A stretch of 64,000 nt of DNA from assembly GCA_028534125.1 (NCBI GenBank), contig CM052817.1, positions 75,084,001 to 75,148,000 of the forward strand. The letters run 5' to 3'. A program made the translations under genes and the position numbers. Positions 1 to 12,882 of the stretch are shown piece after piece (position 1 is the stretch's first letter; each line of letters begins with the position of its first letter). Origin of the DNA: Lama glama (Eukaryota). The notes under the pieces were generated by a model. That model saw nothing but the letters and a program-made list of their open reading frames with translations. It had not been told where the DNA came from and did no database searches.

Positions 1-319
1 ATTTACTAACCACAAACAAGATCTGCACTAAAATCAGAGCATGGACGTTTTACTCAGTCTGAAGATTTAAGAAAGGTTTCAGAGAGGAGACATTTGAGCT
101 GCATCTTAACACTGTAAAATAAAAGAACTGGTTTGATATGCATGATCTCACTTGATACCCCTGTTTCCTCCTCAACCCAATGCTAATTGGGCTTTCTTCT
201 CAACTTTTTCATTGAAAACACTCTTGGTTAAGGTCATGAGGAATGAATTGCCAAGAATTTTAATAGTGAATCATGAGTTGGCCATCTTTCCTTTTTAAAA
301 GTCTCTCTTTTATTCACTA

Positions 320-700
320 ATATTTTATTTATAGGTTTTGATTCTCTGTTCCAGAGTAGAATAGGCTATTAATAGCCCTTCCATACCCTCTTCTTCTGAT
401 TTAGGTGTTAAATTTGCACCAGGTTTATATACTGTATTAGGTAATGTTCCCTTCTTTTTTTCATTCCTTTTTATTTTGTGAAGTTTACCTACTGTAAGAA
501 TTCTCAGATATATTTATTGATTATATATTTTTTAAAACTTGTCTGTCAAACACATTCTTCTGTAAGAAAATAAAAAAAAATCCTGAACACATTTCTTCAA
601 TGGCTATAGGGCTATTTATGCTTTATATTTCATCTTGAGAAAGATAAAATAAATTTTTGTAGGAATTTTTTCGTATGTCTAATTTCAAGCTTATTAACAT
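320..700 (-). mobile_element. Old L1 (L1M) ORF2 fragment
   Basis: T-rich plus strand with decayed antisense L1 ORF2-like phrases (gtattaggtaatgttcccttc; ggctatagggctatttatgc). Boundaries approximate. Confidence 0.45.
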
Positions 701-849
701 TGCTATCTTTATTTTTGTTCATCTCTCAGGGCCTTTTTCCCCACTTTTCCATCGGTCATGATTCTTATTTCCTTAGATCTTATAATTTAGGACTCAACTC
801 AAAAGCAATCTCAAAAAAGACTTCCCTGACCCCACTATATGATTTCCTT

Positions 850-1035
850 ACAGACAATGAGTGTTCTTCGATGTCATTAAGCTAAACACTTCCTGAAATT
901 CTCTGCTTTGCTTAATGCATGAGAGCAAGGGACCTTCATGAAAGCAGGGTCCTGGCCTGACTATTATTGCACTGGGAATCCCTAGAGAAGTGTCTAGCTA
1001 CAGTACTCCATAACAGTTTTTGAATAAATGAATGG
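850..1035 (+). mobile_element. L2 LINE 3' end
   Basis: Ends in the typical L2 tail (tttttgaataaatgaatg) after a catgaaagcagggtcctggcctg-type L2 3' motif. Confidence 0.6.
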
Positions 1036-1045
1036 TGCTTGTTAC

Positions 1046-1520
1046 TGTTGGAAGGCAAGTTTTCATAGTTCTCTCACATTTCTGAATATCTTGCAGTAAT
1101 ACATTGGCCGTCATTTTGTTCTGGGTATCTTTTCAAGGCTGTCTGTATAGTGAATAACCTTTGAAGATAGAGTGTTTTCTTTTGGAGCAAAGGTGATACA
1201 TGCTTATTGTCTAGTACAATAAAAGTAATTCTCTCTCCAGAGTATAGGATAGGCATGCTTATGTTCAGAGATCCTTTCCTAAAACACAGCCCATTATATG
1301 TATAGACATCCATCTGGGCCCATATGCTTTGTCTTTGTGGGGTTGGGGAGCAAAGGAAACTGATACAAATATGCTGATGCTAATGCCACCTGCAATGCTG
1401 TATGTAACACAGTTCTTTGTTTCTGACCAAGGAGTCTTATGTGTTCTCCAAGCATTCATGAAACCCTTGCAAGCTAACTTGTTTACAGGATAAAATCTCA
1501 AATCTTCATATTTCTTGACA
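1046..1520 (+). mobile_element. ERVL-class solo LTR, LTR40-like
   Basis: Starts TGTTGG at 1046 and ends CTTGACA at 1520. Internal blocks tatcttttcaagg and tctgaccaaggagtc resemble the recalled LTR40 consensus. Confidence 0.7.
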
Positions 1521-3499
1521 ATACATACTAATGGGTTATGCAGGTATGACTTGAGGTAAAGTATGTTTGAAAGTACTGTCTTGAGGATTTAAGTAACTTG
1601 TCCAAAATGGGGATGGTTCCCATGTATTCCACCTAGTATCATTTAAAACTAGAATGAAAAACCCCAGTGTCTATGAAAATATGTACTTTTAATCTTTCTT
1701 TGCATGTATCCCTTTAATGTCTTTTGATAGTCCATGATTATATTAATGTTTATATGATCATTATTAATGACCAAGACGCAAGTTTTCATTTTCAGCTAAA
1801 GGCATTTAGTACTTCATCATTCTGAAAAAAAAAATACTTCCAATTTCCTTTGATAAAAATGGTGCTAAAACAGAATCATTTTGAAGTACTTGCCAATAGC
1901 TCATTTCCATTTTAGTTGTATTAAAATATCTATTTATATATAATTTTTACAAGTTCCATGAATATGAAGTCTTATTTGCTAATAAGCCTGAATAAAATAT
2001 TTCATTCCAACAGTGTATTTTGAAATGTTTTATGGAGTTGCTACTTCAAATTCGGTTGTACATTTTTTAAGTCAAGAAAATAATTCAGCTAAAGTCTATT
2101 ACAGCACAGTTATCTTATTTGTTACACTAGCTTTGTAGCTACCAAAATTTCCTTGAATTATAGCCCCAGAATTTAACCAAGGTCTCCCACCCTAACCATC
2201 CATGGCTGAAATCATCCTTAATAATTTTCTCTGACTTGATACATAAACAGCAATATATTGACTTTATATTCCATCTGGATATGGCTAATAAATTTGGGTT
2301 ACTCAGCTTTAAAATTGTTTTGGGAACATAAAACTCATTTAACTCATCAATTATGTGGTTGCAATCACTGTCATTTGGCATTTTGGAGTATAAATAACTT
2401 GCTGCAGTTAAGTTACTGAGCTGTTGTATCAATTTTATCAGCTGAGGGATTATTGCAGATACATGCAATTGCAAAGCAAAAAAAATCTGCATCCATTTTT
2501 TCAAAATATATGCACTCTATAATTTAAATATCTTTGTAAAAAGAATTCCATAAAATGTATAAATATTTACTGTGGTTTAAATTACTATATGTGATATATA
2601 CTAATGACTTTTCTTCTAAAAACCTGGTATTTTTAAAGGTGCCAATCCTCAATGTTGAAGGACAAATACGTTGCATAATATAATATTATTTTCGAAAATC
2701 AATTAAAAAAATCAATATGTAACTCTATCTTATTATTTATATATATGTAGAAATAATCAAATTCTATTTAAACTTACTATTGAAATCTTATCAGCTCTTA
2801 TTAGTTCTGAAGAAGGTAAAAATCTGGGCAGTTAATTTTGAACAAAAAGGCAATACTTTTTCCATTTCTCTTTGTTTTTACATTTTAATATAAAAGTACT
2901 TTTCATAATGTATACAATTTCTCTAACTTTAAAAGTTTAATAGTATTCTCCATCCCATTTTAATTAAAAATTGGTATACAGCAAACAAAAAAGTTTTCTT
3001 TGCTCTTATTTATCTCAACAAAAGCACAGTGCTTTGCAAAATTTGTTTCCTTTTGTGTAATACTGTTTGAAAATACACAAAATATTTTATTATAAGATCT
3101 TAAAAGTCCTAAGGCATATTTTTCCATTATTTGAAATAATATCCTCTGGGGAAAAAATGGCAGGCTATTCATATACATGTAAAGGGTACGCATCTTAGTG
3201 TACAGAGATTAAATTATAGTCCCTGGGTTTATATATTGAAAAAAAATTCTACCCTTCCACGATTTGCATGATTAGTTAATTAATATTTGCTCATACATTG
3301 GAAAAATGGAAAAGGGATTCTTGGATATTATTCTTCTGTCCGCTCTGTTTTTACTAGACACGCACAGAGGCACACCGACACACACAGAGACACACACAAG
3401 CACAGGCACACTTTTGCTATTCCCAGTAATGAACTCATTGCATCCATGTTATATACTAGACAGTCTTCATTTATGAATGGTTTTCATTTTCAGCACAAT

Positions 3500-3620
3500 A
3501 TTTACAGATGGAGAAACAAGCAGAGAGATTAAATAAGCTTCTCCACTCATCCTCTGGCAAAGGATGTTGCAGTGATTTGAACCCAGGCAGTCTGGTTTCA
3601 GAGTCCAGGCTCCTAACCAG
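3500..3620 (-). mobile_element. MIR SINE
   Basis: tttacagatggagaaac...gatttgaacccaggcagtctgg...gctcctaacca is the antisense MIR core and tRNA-like head. Confidence 0.8.
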
Positions 3621-5558
3621 GACGCTCCTTGAGAAAAGATTAAGCAAGTTACACTGGCAACTTTTTATTAAAACATACTTTTCCCCAGAAAGTTCTTGTT
3701 CAAAATCAATATATCCCTTATGTGTAAAGCTCAGGAAAAAAGCCATCTATTTAAATCAGTGAAATGGCTAAATTATGCATTAAGATGATTGATAAAAGTT
3801 GCTGCTCAGTATCAAAATTAAAGGATATATTTTATTTCTTAAGTTCTTGCATTCTCTCTTTCTCCTTAGTAATAACTTTCCCTGGACTCAAAGAAGAAGA
3901 AAAAGAAAAAGAAAGGAAAGATGAACTTTCTAATTTTAGGTACAGAAAGCAACTCATTAGTTTTCACAACCAATTCAATCATGGACTGGAAGACACTCAT
4001 TCATGCCTTACATGCAGATTTCAATATATTCTTTTACTTCATGTAAACCCTTTCCAGGTGCAGTCCAGAGTTTTACAAATTAATTACCCATTTCACCTGA
4101 ATATGTTTATATTATATGAAATATGGGTCTACATAATAACATACTTTGGTGGAATAAAAGACTGAAAGTTTACTAAAATGGCATAGACATTTGTGGAATA
4201 TAAAAATGATACATTGGGCTAAATTTTGGGTAAATTTTACATTAAACTGTGTGATTCTGTATGTTTCTTGTTCCTTTATATTCAAGATGTGTATTACTTC
4301 CATTCTCTTCCAAGTTTTAATGGTCACTATCTTTTCATTTATTCTTTCTTTTTAGTGAAGGACATGTATTTACTGTACTTATTTCAGTTTGGAATTCATC
4401 AAAAAGATGATGTTAGCAACACACATTCTGAGCTGAGTATGCAAGAGAGACCTCAGATGAATGTTTTAGACTCCAAATAAGAAAAACTTAGTTATCAATC
4501 AAAAGTTCATGCTCCAGCTTGAGCTAGTTGTGAATTTATAAGAATAGCCCTTCCTTTCCTCTTTTTACATCGTTTGTGGTCATCATCACTATTATAAGTT
4601 ACTGCTTCAGAAAAATGACCAGTTTTCAGGTTTCTGTACGTCTAAGTAAAACTAGCTTTTGAATATTGACTTCTGGAATATTATTACCATTTTAATATAG
4701 CAAAAATAACATTAAATAAATTTTATAACAATTAAAGAAAAATACAACTTAACTTTAAAAATGTTTTATCTATTTTTGGCGTTAATTTGATATGAGAAGC
4801 TTACCTAAAATAAAGATAGAGATACAGCCAAGAGATAGGTGTCTGTCTGTGTTTACTGACTCCTTTTCCTAAATATATACCAAAAAGCTCAGCACATCTG
4901 TTCTGTAAACGCCGAATTAAATATTAACGATGTAAATCCTAAACTGTTACAGGTGGTATCTGAATTTCAAGTTGAGAAGAGAGAAGAGAGAGATTTTCAG
5001 TGTTCTTTCAAATATGCTTTGATAGTGTAAAAGTCAGAAATTCTTTTAGTAGAAGCTCTGACAGACCCATTAATATGACAGGGGCCTCCAGCTTGCCAGC
5101 CAACATATTGTTCACAAAATAAATTTCATTTTTGGAGACATTATACCATAGAGATATGGAACATCTAAATAGGCAAAATAAAGATTTATGGTTGTTTCTA
5201 TTGTTCTTAGCTTTCAGAAGGTTTATAGTTCAGACTTCAAGAAATAATGTGTCTTATGCATTTTTAACCATTTCATCATAAAAAGTGTATGCAATTACTA
5301 GGAAACTGCATGCTGCTACTCCTTTTTACCCAGAGCTGCCATGTTAATATGCACTGTGATAAAAACGAAAAAGATTTACATTAAATGAAGGAATAGTCTA
5401 TTGGTTATCTAAAAAGTTCAGTTATATTTAATAAAGATAAGATACATTGTATGTATACATTATTTTTAGTTCTTCTCTTGTTCAATGTCTCTATTACAAA
5501 GTTTATTTTCATTGACGGCTGCAGTGTTTTAAAGTTGGAAGAACACGTTGCTTGCTTT

Positions 5559-5730
5559 ATTTCCCCTCTTCCTTCCTTCAGTCCTTCTTCCCTTCTGTCT
5601 TCCTTCCTCTGTCGTCCCTTTCCTCTTTTCTTCTCTCTCCCACTCCTTCTCTTCCTTCCCTCCTTCTTTATATTTTCCCTCCCTCCTTCCTTTCTTTTCT
5701 ACTCTCTCTCTCTCTCTTTGTTCTTTTTCT
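5559..5730. repeat. CT-rich low-complexity polypyrimidine tract
   Basis: About 170 bp almost entirely C/T (CCTT, CTTT and CT units). It explains the four overlapping spurious ORFs at 5451-5780. Confidence 0.9.
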
Positions 5731-5786
5731 GACTTGAGCAAATGATAAAGTTTGTGGGCATTTGAGCATCTATAATCCAATCAAGC

Positions 5787-5990
5787 TACTGGTTTTCAAC
5801 TGGGGAGAAATGGAAAATCAGAACAATCTGTGGATAGTTCACCAAGTAAGTACACATCCTCTGCAGTCCCTAGGATGACGGCATGTTTACATACTGCTAT
5901 CTGGGAATGAGGAAGACATTTATTTTCAAAATTCCTTAAGTGCTTTCTCTAGATGCTCCACATCTGCAATTGGGAACCATAATTTTAGGA
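5787..5990. mobile_element. Possible MER5-like hAT-Charlie MITE
   Basis: Decayed terminal inverted repeats: ctactggttttcaac at the left and ttgggaaccataattttag at the right. Confidence 0.4.
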
Positions 5991-7794
5991 TATTATGAGG
6001 ATGCCCTGCATATATGATGAAGATAACTACACAACTGTACAAAAATCTGAAGGATTTAAAAAGATTTCAGGGTCTAACTTCAATGATGTTTTCCAAAAAA
6101 GATTTGAAGATTAGATAGAAATACAGGACAACCTCTTTCCAACTGAATATAAATTCTTGAATATTTTCTATGTTTAATAAATAGGAATTCAAATTTCTCA
6201 CATTCTATGAGTTTGTATGTGCATATACATAAATTGTGTTAGTAAGACCCAAATCTTGCCTCAGATGTGTAATAAAATTGAGCAAGTTACAGACATTATA
6301 TTAGCTATGTTCTAGTAATACCTAGATTAAAATTTCTCTCAATCTATTTTTAATATCATAATACTTACATATTTATTCTTTTTCATTTAAATTAATGGTT
6401 AATGTTGAGTTGTGTCTATCAGTCTCTAGTGAGGTTGGTTAGTGGGGATTAGCATTCTGAAGTCTGATTACCTCTGAGTCAAGTAAGAAAATTATGTTTT
6501 ATTATTTAATAACTGAGAACAAATTCTGGTTATGGCGACTTCAAGACATTTCATAACTTGCCTGAAATAGCTGACACTCTTTACCCTAGCCCCTTTACTA
6601 TTACATAAGCCCAGTATGCAATGTTAACAGGGGCTATAACACAGGGAACAAATAGCTGGGACATTTAGGAAACAGTTATTCAGGGAAGCCTTATAATGTT
6701 TAGGAAGACTGTGAAGCTTAAAAAATAAAAATAGCAGTTTGTAGACAATGATATATCCCTATGCTGTTAACTAGAAAATAAGCACACAGATATTTTTCTT
6801 ATTTCTAAAAAAGTCAGAAATTTCAGATAAAAGAATATAATTCATTAGAAAATTCAGTCAAGCTATTTAGAAAACAAATTGAAGATAGTAAATTACTGAT
6901 AATATTATTAATATTAATGTTTATGATTTAGCCAAGGAAGGTATAGTTTTCTAGAAGTTACCTTTTGAGGACTCTGGAGGATGGTCATGGGTGTAGCCAG
7001 TGAAGCCAAGCCCACGCATCAGGCTATGACTCCAGCAGATGTGTCAGCAAGTTGAAGGTCGCACCTTGTGCAAATGGCATGGAAATTTCTCTTTTCCTCC
7101 TTCTTCTTTACTTTGAGCCAAGTCTATAAAGAATATGCATTGATACGACCTAATTAATCAGCATAACTCTAATTTTTATCTTCAAAGATCAAATTACCCA
7201 ACCAGCCTTTATCATAATCAACATTCTATCCTATGAAATGGGGATGTGGGATTTCATTATCCTAAGGGTTAGAATTGAGTCCTGAGAAACAATGACAATG
7301 AAGATAGTGAAAGATCATTTTCTGTAAGAATAGCTCAAGAGGAGTGCTAGGTAGTGTCAGTGTTTCCGTGACAGCCCACTGTAGATTATTCACAGAAAAT
7401 AACCAAATAAAACCACAGAAAAACACAGGGACATGACAAGGGCTAAAAGGAAAAAAAAAGTTTGTACAGAGAGAAAATCAGACCAAGGAAGAAAGAAAAT
7501 TAGACTAAACAACCTTCTTGGGGACAGTAAAATGATGAAGCTGCAGGCACCTGGTAGGAATTGGAAAAAAATAAAAAGATGATTATCAAATTAAAAAAAA
7601 TAAGACCACTTCTTTTCATTTTTGTGAAATCAGTGAGAATTTCATAGTATCTGGATGGTGAGTTTTAGCAAGGCCAATTAGCATACACCTGTAGCCTGGT
7701 GACTCCCATCAGTATAGAAAGGAGGACAATTACGGCGACTGCAAAGAATGAGTCATCTCAGAAAGGCACAAAGTCAATGAATTCTAACTAGAAA

Positions 7795-8422
7795 TGTTGT
7801 CAGTAGGTGTAACAGGTGTCCAGGCTCTTGTCCTACCCCAGAAAGAATTCAGAGACAAGACGTAAAGGTTAAGAAAGTAAAGTGGGGATTTATTAAGGGA
7901 TAGATAGTACACTCTAAAGGGGAGAGCTGGCAGGCTCAGGTGAGCAGCTGCCCTGAGTTTCTTTGGCAAGTTGGTTACATAGAGTAAAACTGAATGGGCA
8001 GAATCCTCATTAGGGAGGGAAGGATTTGGGGTCGTATTCCCTGATTTTCATCCAAATTCCATCTTTCCGAAGGATTTCTGTCCTTATTTATCTGGATCGG
8101 AAGTGTCATGGTATCTGTGCAACATGGGTACTTTTAATCTGCAAGGTTAATTTTATTGAAATGAGGGCATAATGAGCAAAAGGTTACATTCAAACACTGG
8201 AGATTCCTGCCTTTTCCCACATTTCTTTGTTGGCCTGCAGGCCGCTCGTCACCCCACCAGCCCAGAGATTCCTGCTTTTCTTTCTCTTCCCAGGGACCCT
8301 GGTGCTTACATGATGTGTGGTTTCCTGAATTTGGCTTATGTCACTCCTTTCTGCCCAATTCCTGGCATTTGGCCTGTGTCTCCCTTTCTCTGCTCATATC
8401 TAGCTATCTGTCTGCTCTAACA
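7795..8422 (-). mobile_element. ERV1-type solo LTR (628 bp)
   Basis: TG...CA termini. Exact 4-bp target-site duplication GAAA at 7791-7794 and 8423-8426. AATAAA on the minus strand near 7890. Less AT-rich than its flanks. Confidence 0.85.
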
Positions 8423-8959
8423 GAAAGACTACTCTATCTCCAGTTATTGTAAACCGGCAGGCAAACACCAATAAAAACTTAGAATTTTCCTGCAGAGAAC
8501 AGAAAGATTTTCCAGACTCATAGAACAGCAACTGACATAAAGTTTTTTGGTGTTAATTATAACTATTAATATAATTCTGTTGCAAAAGTCCCAATTCCCT
8601 ATTTTAGTTAATCCCAAGAGTGCAAGGGAAAGGCGTCATGTTGATGAAACTAATTACCTGGTAAAAATTATTTTTTAAAATTGTACTGAAAATGGTGCTT
8701 CATTAATATGAATCAATAACGTGATATGACTGCTAAAAAGGCTAATGTAATCTCAGGCTGCATTAATTGAACCAAGGCATCGAATCACAGGAAATTATAA
8801 TTTTCCTGCATTTGACTTTGTTAAAAATTAGTTGAAAATATACATATCTCTGAGACTTAACATTTTAGGTGAAAAAAAAATCTAGACTGCATCAGAAAAG
8901 AGGGGATTAGAAGTCATAAAATAAGCAAAGCGGTTTTCTCCTAGTGACTATGTGTCTAG

Positions 8960-9312
8960 AGATTCTTTGCCTGTCTTTGTCTGAAATACTTTTTCTTCAG
9001 ATTTTCTCATGATGGTCCTTTCTTATCATTTGGGTTTCAGCTGAAATATCACCTGCTAAAAGATGAATGATTTGATCATTCACTGTATCTTTTTTTCCCT
9101 CCCAGGGCAACATCTTCTCATCATCTTGTTTATTTATGGTTACAGCAATAAACCTTATTTTATTTTTACATGTCTATATATTCTTCATACAGAGAATATG
9201 ATCTATGGGGGGATCATTTTTCTTTACTCAGCTTACTCCTGTATCTCCTGCCAAGCACTGCACTCGGCACAGAGTAAGCCATTGATACACACACACACAT
9301 GAAAAATGTTTG
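8960..9312 (+). mobile_element. L2 LINE fragment
   Basis: L2-like motifs: tcagctgaaatatcacc, cctgtatctcctgccaagcac, ggcacagagtaagccattga. Confidence 0.5.
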
Positions 9313-9699
9313 GATAGATTGACGATATTTAGAGTAGAGAAGTTTAAAGGAAAATATAATAGCTTAATTGAAATAAGCTGTACTGTTTCAGAAAATAGAG
9401 TGAGAAATAATAGTTTGAATGTGAAAGGGGACATATTTCATTTCAGTGTAAGAAACAACTTTATAACTAAAATATCCTTTAATAGAAAGAGTTACCTTGT
9501 GCAGAAGGAAGTATGCAAAAAGTTGAAGTGGAAACTACACATTCACTTGTTAATTGATCTGTATAAGATTGAGAATGGCCTTGATAACCTTTAAGAAACC
9601 TCCAAACTTAGACTTTATTGTAATATAATGTATCATTTGTTACATATTTTATTTCACAAAGAAATTATTAAAAAGTATCAAAAAGAAATTATTAAAAAT

Positions 9700-10142
9700 T
9701 ATTAAAAAGAGAATTTATTGGCTCATATACCTAAAAATCCCCAAGGTAGCCCTAGCTCTTATCAGCTGAATTCAGCAGCTCACTCTTTCTCTCCCCATCG
9801 CCCAACTTGATATTCTCTTTTGTTGGCTTCAATCTAGTGCAGTCTCCCTTCAAGAAATTACTAAATTATATTACATCAGCTTAGCCATGATAGAAAAAGT
9901 GTATGTGCCTTTCTCAACAGTCTAACAGTTCCTGACCACTGACTTTCATTGGTCCAGATGGAGTTGGATGAATTTTTCTGGGAAGACCCAAACCTGAGAC
10001 AATCCCTGATCTTCCCCAAACTAATAGCAATACATGATAATTAAGTGGTGGAGAAATTGCTCTCAAAGGGGAAAAATAGATGTTCAGTTACTGGAAGAAG
10101 AGGAGATGGGTGTCCAGCCAGTACAACAATAACCATTCACTA
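9700..10142 (-). mobile_element. MaLR (MLT1K-like) LTR fragment
   Basis: gaatttattggctcatatacctaaaaatcc and ctgactttcattggtccagatgga motifs typical of antisense old MLT1 LTRs. Confidence 0.5.
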
Positions 10143-11304
10143 CTGGGCGCCTTCTTCCTGCATGTGGAGAATTGGTAAATCTGAGGTTACCTTCATGGCT
10201 TCAAAACCATAATCTTGAAATTCTGTTCCCCATCTCCCTCATTTTAATTCTTCATTTAAAATTAGTCCCTCATTTTACTATTTCCTGATACAATCTTCCT
10301 TCCCTTATTTCTTAGTTCGTTTTCATTGCCCATTTGTGGTTCCATCATATCCTTTTTGATGCATAGTGATCATAACCACACTGCCATTTAGATGAAACTA
10401 GAGGATGATTTTATGTTGAATTTCCAATACCTTTCTGAGAAATCATTTCATTATTCTTTAAAAGTGATGCTGAAATTTAGACCTATTTTCTTATAATGCA
10501 ATCAAACACATTTTTCTGATGTTTTTTCTTATATTATTATCTAGAGTTCAGTACTCAATTCACTTTACAAGTGTTCATTTAAAAAATATTTTATATTAGA
10601 GTTGCTTCCATGTAAAATATTTTGATATACACCCCAGTCTCTCTCTCTCTTGAGATACCCAGGCAGATAGATACCCAGATTTAATCTAGATATTACTAGT
10701 CACCATAATGGGTAACTTCTGAGATGTCACATTAAAATATTACAAAGTTATCAGGACAACTCTTAAAGCCCTGAGGAATTTTGTAGCTCTTTATTATAAA
10801 TATCTTTAAAATATAGATACTCCACAATAAATTCATCATTATGCATCACCTTCTCTCACCAAAGTATTTTGGTAAAACTGTGGAGCAAGGACAAAAAAAA
10901 AAAAAAAAAAGGAAGCCTGCTGGTCCCTCTCTATCCTACGGTCACTCACCACACAGCCTGCTCTCCTGCCCCCTGCCCCTCCCTTTGCCTGGCAAATCTT
11001 TGCACCTGTCGTAACCTTGTAGAATCCACTCTCTGTTTCTGTCTGATATGCTTTGAGAATCAGCAACTTGGTTATAATGATAAAAAAGTTATTTACCTTG
11101 TTCTTGTTTCATCACTAAATTTCAGAAGATTCTGAGTTACTCTCTAACTTAGGGTTTTTATAATAGATGTTCTCCTTCAGAAAATTTATTAAGCATCAAG
11201 TGAGATGATTAGTAGCACCAATCACTAAGAAATCAACCTTAACAAATCGGCCAGCTTATCTTTATGAGCAGTATCCTGTTTCCACACAGACAGCATAAAA
11301 TAAA

Positions 11305-11470
11305 AGTTAGGACTCTGGAGTCAGAAGTTAGGAATGCAGAAATGGTATTCACTTAAACACTTCAACTGCCTTATCTATAACATGAGAATGATATTTACTT
11401 ATGTATCTCATAGAATTGTCAGGAGCAAATCATGTAACACATGACACATGTTAAACATTTAACAGTACTG
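11305..11470 (+). mobile_element. MIR SINE
   Basis: ggactctggagtcaga head and ccttatctataacatgagaatgat core. Confidence 0.65.
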
Positions 11471-11678
11471 GATTCTAGTATTTCTTATCTGGAGTCAAAA
11501 ACTAACTGAACGATTATTCAGTTATCCTATAAACACCCATGGCGATGTTTTTGAAAGGACACTGTTACATTCCAGTAGGCCCATGATGATTTTGTTCATT
11601 TGACCTTCTATTATACTCTCAAAGCATGTTGTTTATTTATTTCATTACTTTTTATATTTTATTTTAATTATTTATGTG

Positions 11679-11995
11679 ATGAACTCATTTACAAAGCAGA
11701 AACAGATTCACAGAAATAGAAAATAAACTTACGGTTACTAAAGGGGAAGAGAGGATAGGAATAAATTAGGAGATGAGATTAACAGATGCACACTACTGTA
11801 TATAAAATAGATAAACAACAAGGATTTACTGTATAGCGCAGGGAACTATATTCAATATCCGTAATTGATTATAATGGAAAATAATCAAAAAATAATATAG
11901 ATATATACATATGTATGTATAGCTGAATCACTTTGTTGTATACCTGAAACTAACGCAATATTTTAAATCAATACTTTAAAAAAAAGAAAAAGAAA
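11679..11995 (+). mobile_element. 5'-truncated cetartiodactyl-type L1 3' end
   Basis: atgaactcatttacaaagcagaaacagattcacag...tactgtatagcgcagggaactatattcaatatc followed by an A-rich tail. Possible TSD TTATGTG at 11672-11678 and 11996-12002. Confidence 0.85.
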
Positions 11996-12429
11996 TTATG
12001 TGGCTGACTTCTCCTCATTTTGACTCACTTTGCCTTGAGGATTTTTTTTCCATGCCTTCATCTCTTTATCATTCCTCCCTAACTTCTGTCCCTCAAAACA
12101 AATGCAGTCATAGACCCCAGTGCACACATACGGTCTATAACATTAAGGAGTTGGTAATTGTTTAGTGAATGAGTATATGCAATATTAAGAACAATTTGAT
12201 AACAATTGGAGCTTGATGGTGGAAAAATTCTCCAAGGCATTACATGAGAAAGATTCAGAAGGGGATTCCAAAAGAGAACAGCTCAGTGAGTTGAAATCAG
12301 GAGCTGATGGGGAAATTCTAAGTGACTAGCCAGGCAAAAACGCATCATGAACGTGCTTCAAGAAAGAGTAAGTGTTAAAGACCCGAAAAGCAAAGACAAA
12401 TACAATGCCAAATAACATCAATAACTGTC

Positions 12430-12882
12430 ATCTAACAAAATTCCTGCCCTTTACATCTTTTCTCACCAATTCCTCTACTCCTTTTAATCTTGGAGCAGCC
12501 CACCGCAGCCTAGTGAGGGGGAGAGGAGAGTAATAATCGAGGCAGGAAATAGAAACAATACTATCAGCCCTTTCCTTCTGTAAGGGTCCGCTCTGGAAGA
12601 CTCCCTTTGTTGGAAGGGGCAAGATTTAATTTTGAATGGAGTTCTTAGTCTTTAATTATTATGCTGGACGGATCTTGTTAATTATTAAAATGAGATCCTC
12701 TTTCTCATTTGGATGAAGACTAAAAGTAATCAAAAGAGTTAACAAAACTGTCAAAATTTTCATCTAAGGCAGGGAAGTTCTATTCTCACAGAGCAGGTTT
12801 AATGAATAGAAAAGGGAGGGAAATACGTTTGTTTTCTGATTATACTCTAAGATCCCCACTTATTCAATTAAATATTTCCATA
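12430..12882 (+). mobile_element. Ancient LTR remnant (LTR78/79-like)
   Basis: tttaattattatgctggac, ttttcatctaaggcaggg and a terminal block ending in CA resemble recalled ancient eutherian LTRs. Confidence 0.35.

Noticed and set aside
2139..2504. 121-aa minus-strand ORF
   Set aside because: Non-ATG start, AT-driven composition, and no recognisable homology or splice context.
3764..4165. 133-aa plus-strand ORF
   Set aside because: Includes an A-rich low-complexity run and no recognisable family. Consistent with chance.
4930..5050. Possible splice acceptor (ctaaactgttacag/G at about 4951)
   Set aside because: Weak pyrimidine tract, in-frame stops and no clear donor downstream.
5451..5780. 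Four overlapping ORFs, some looking hydrophobic or highly charged
   Set aside because: Artefact of a stop-free CT/GA low-complexity tract.
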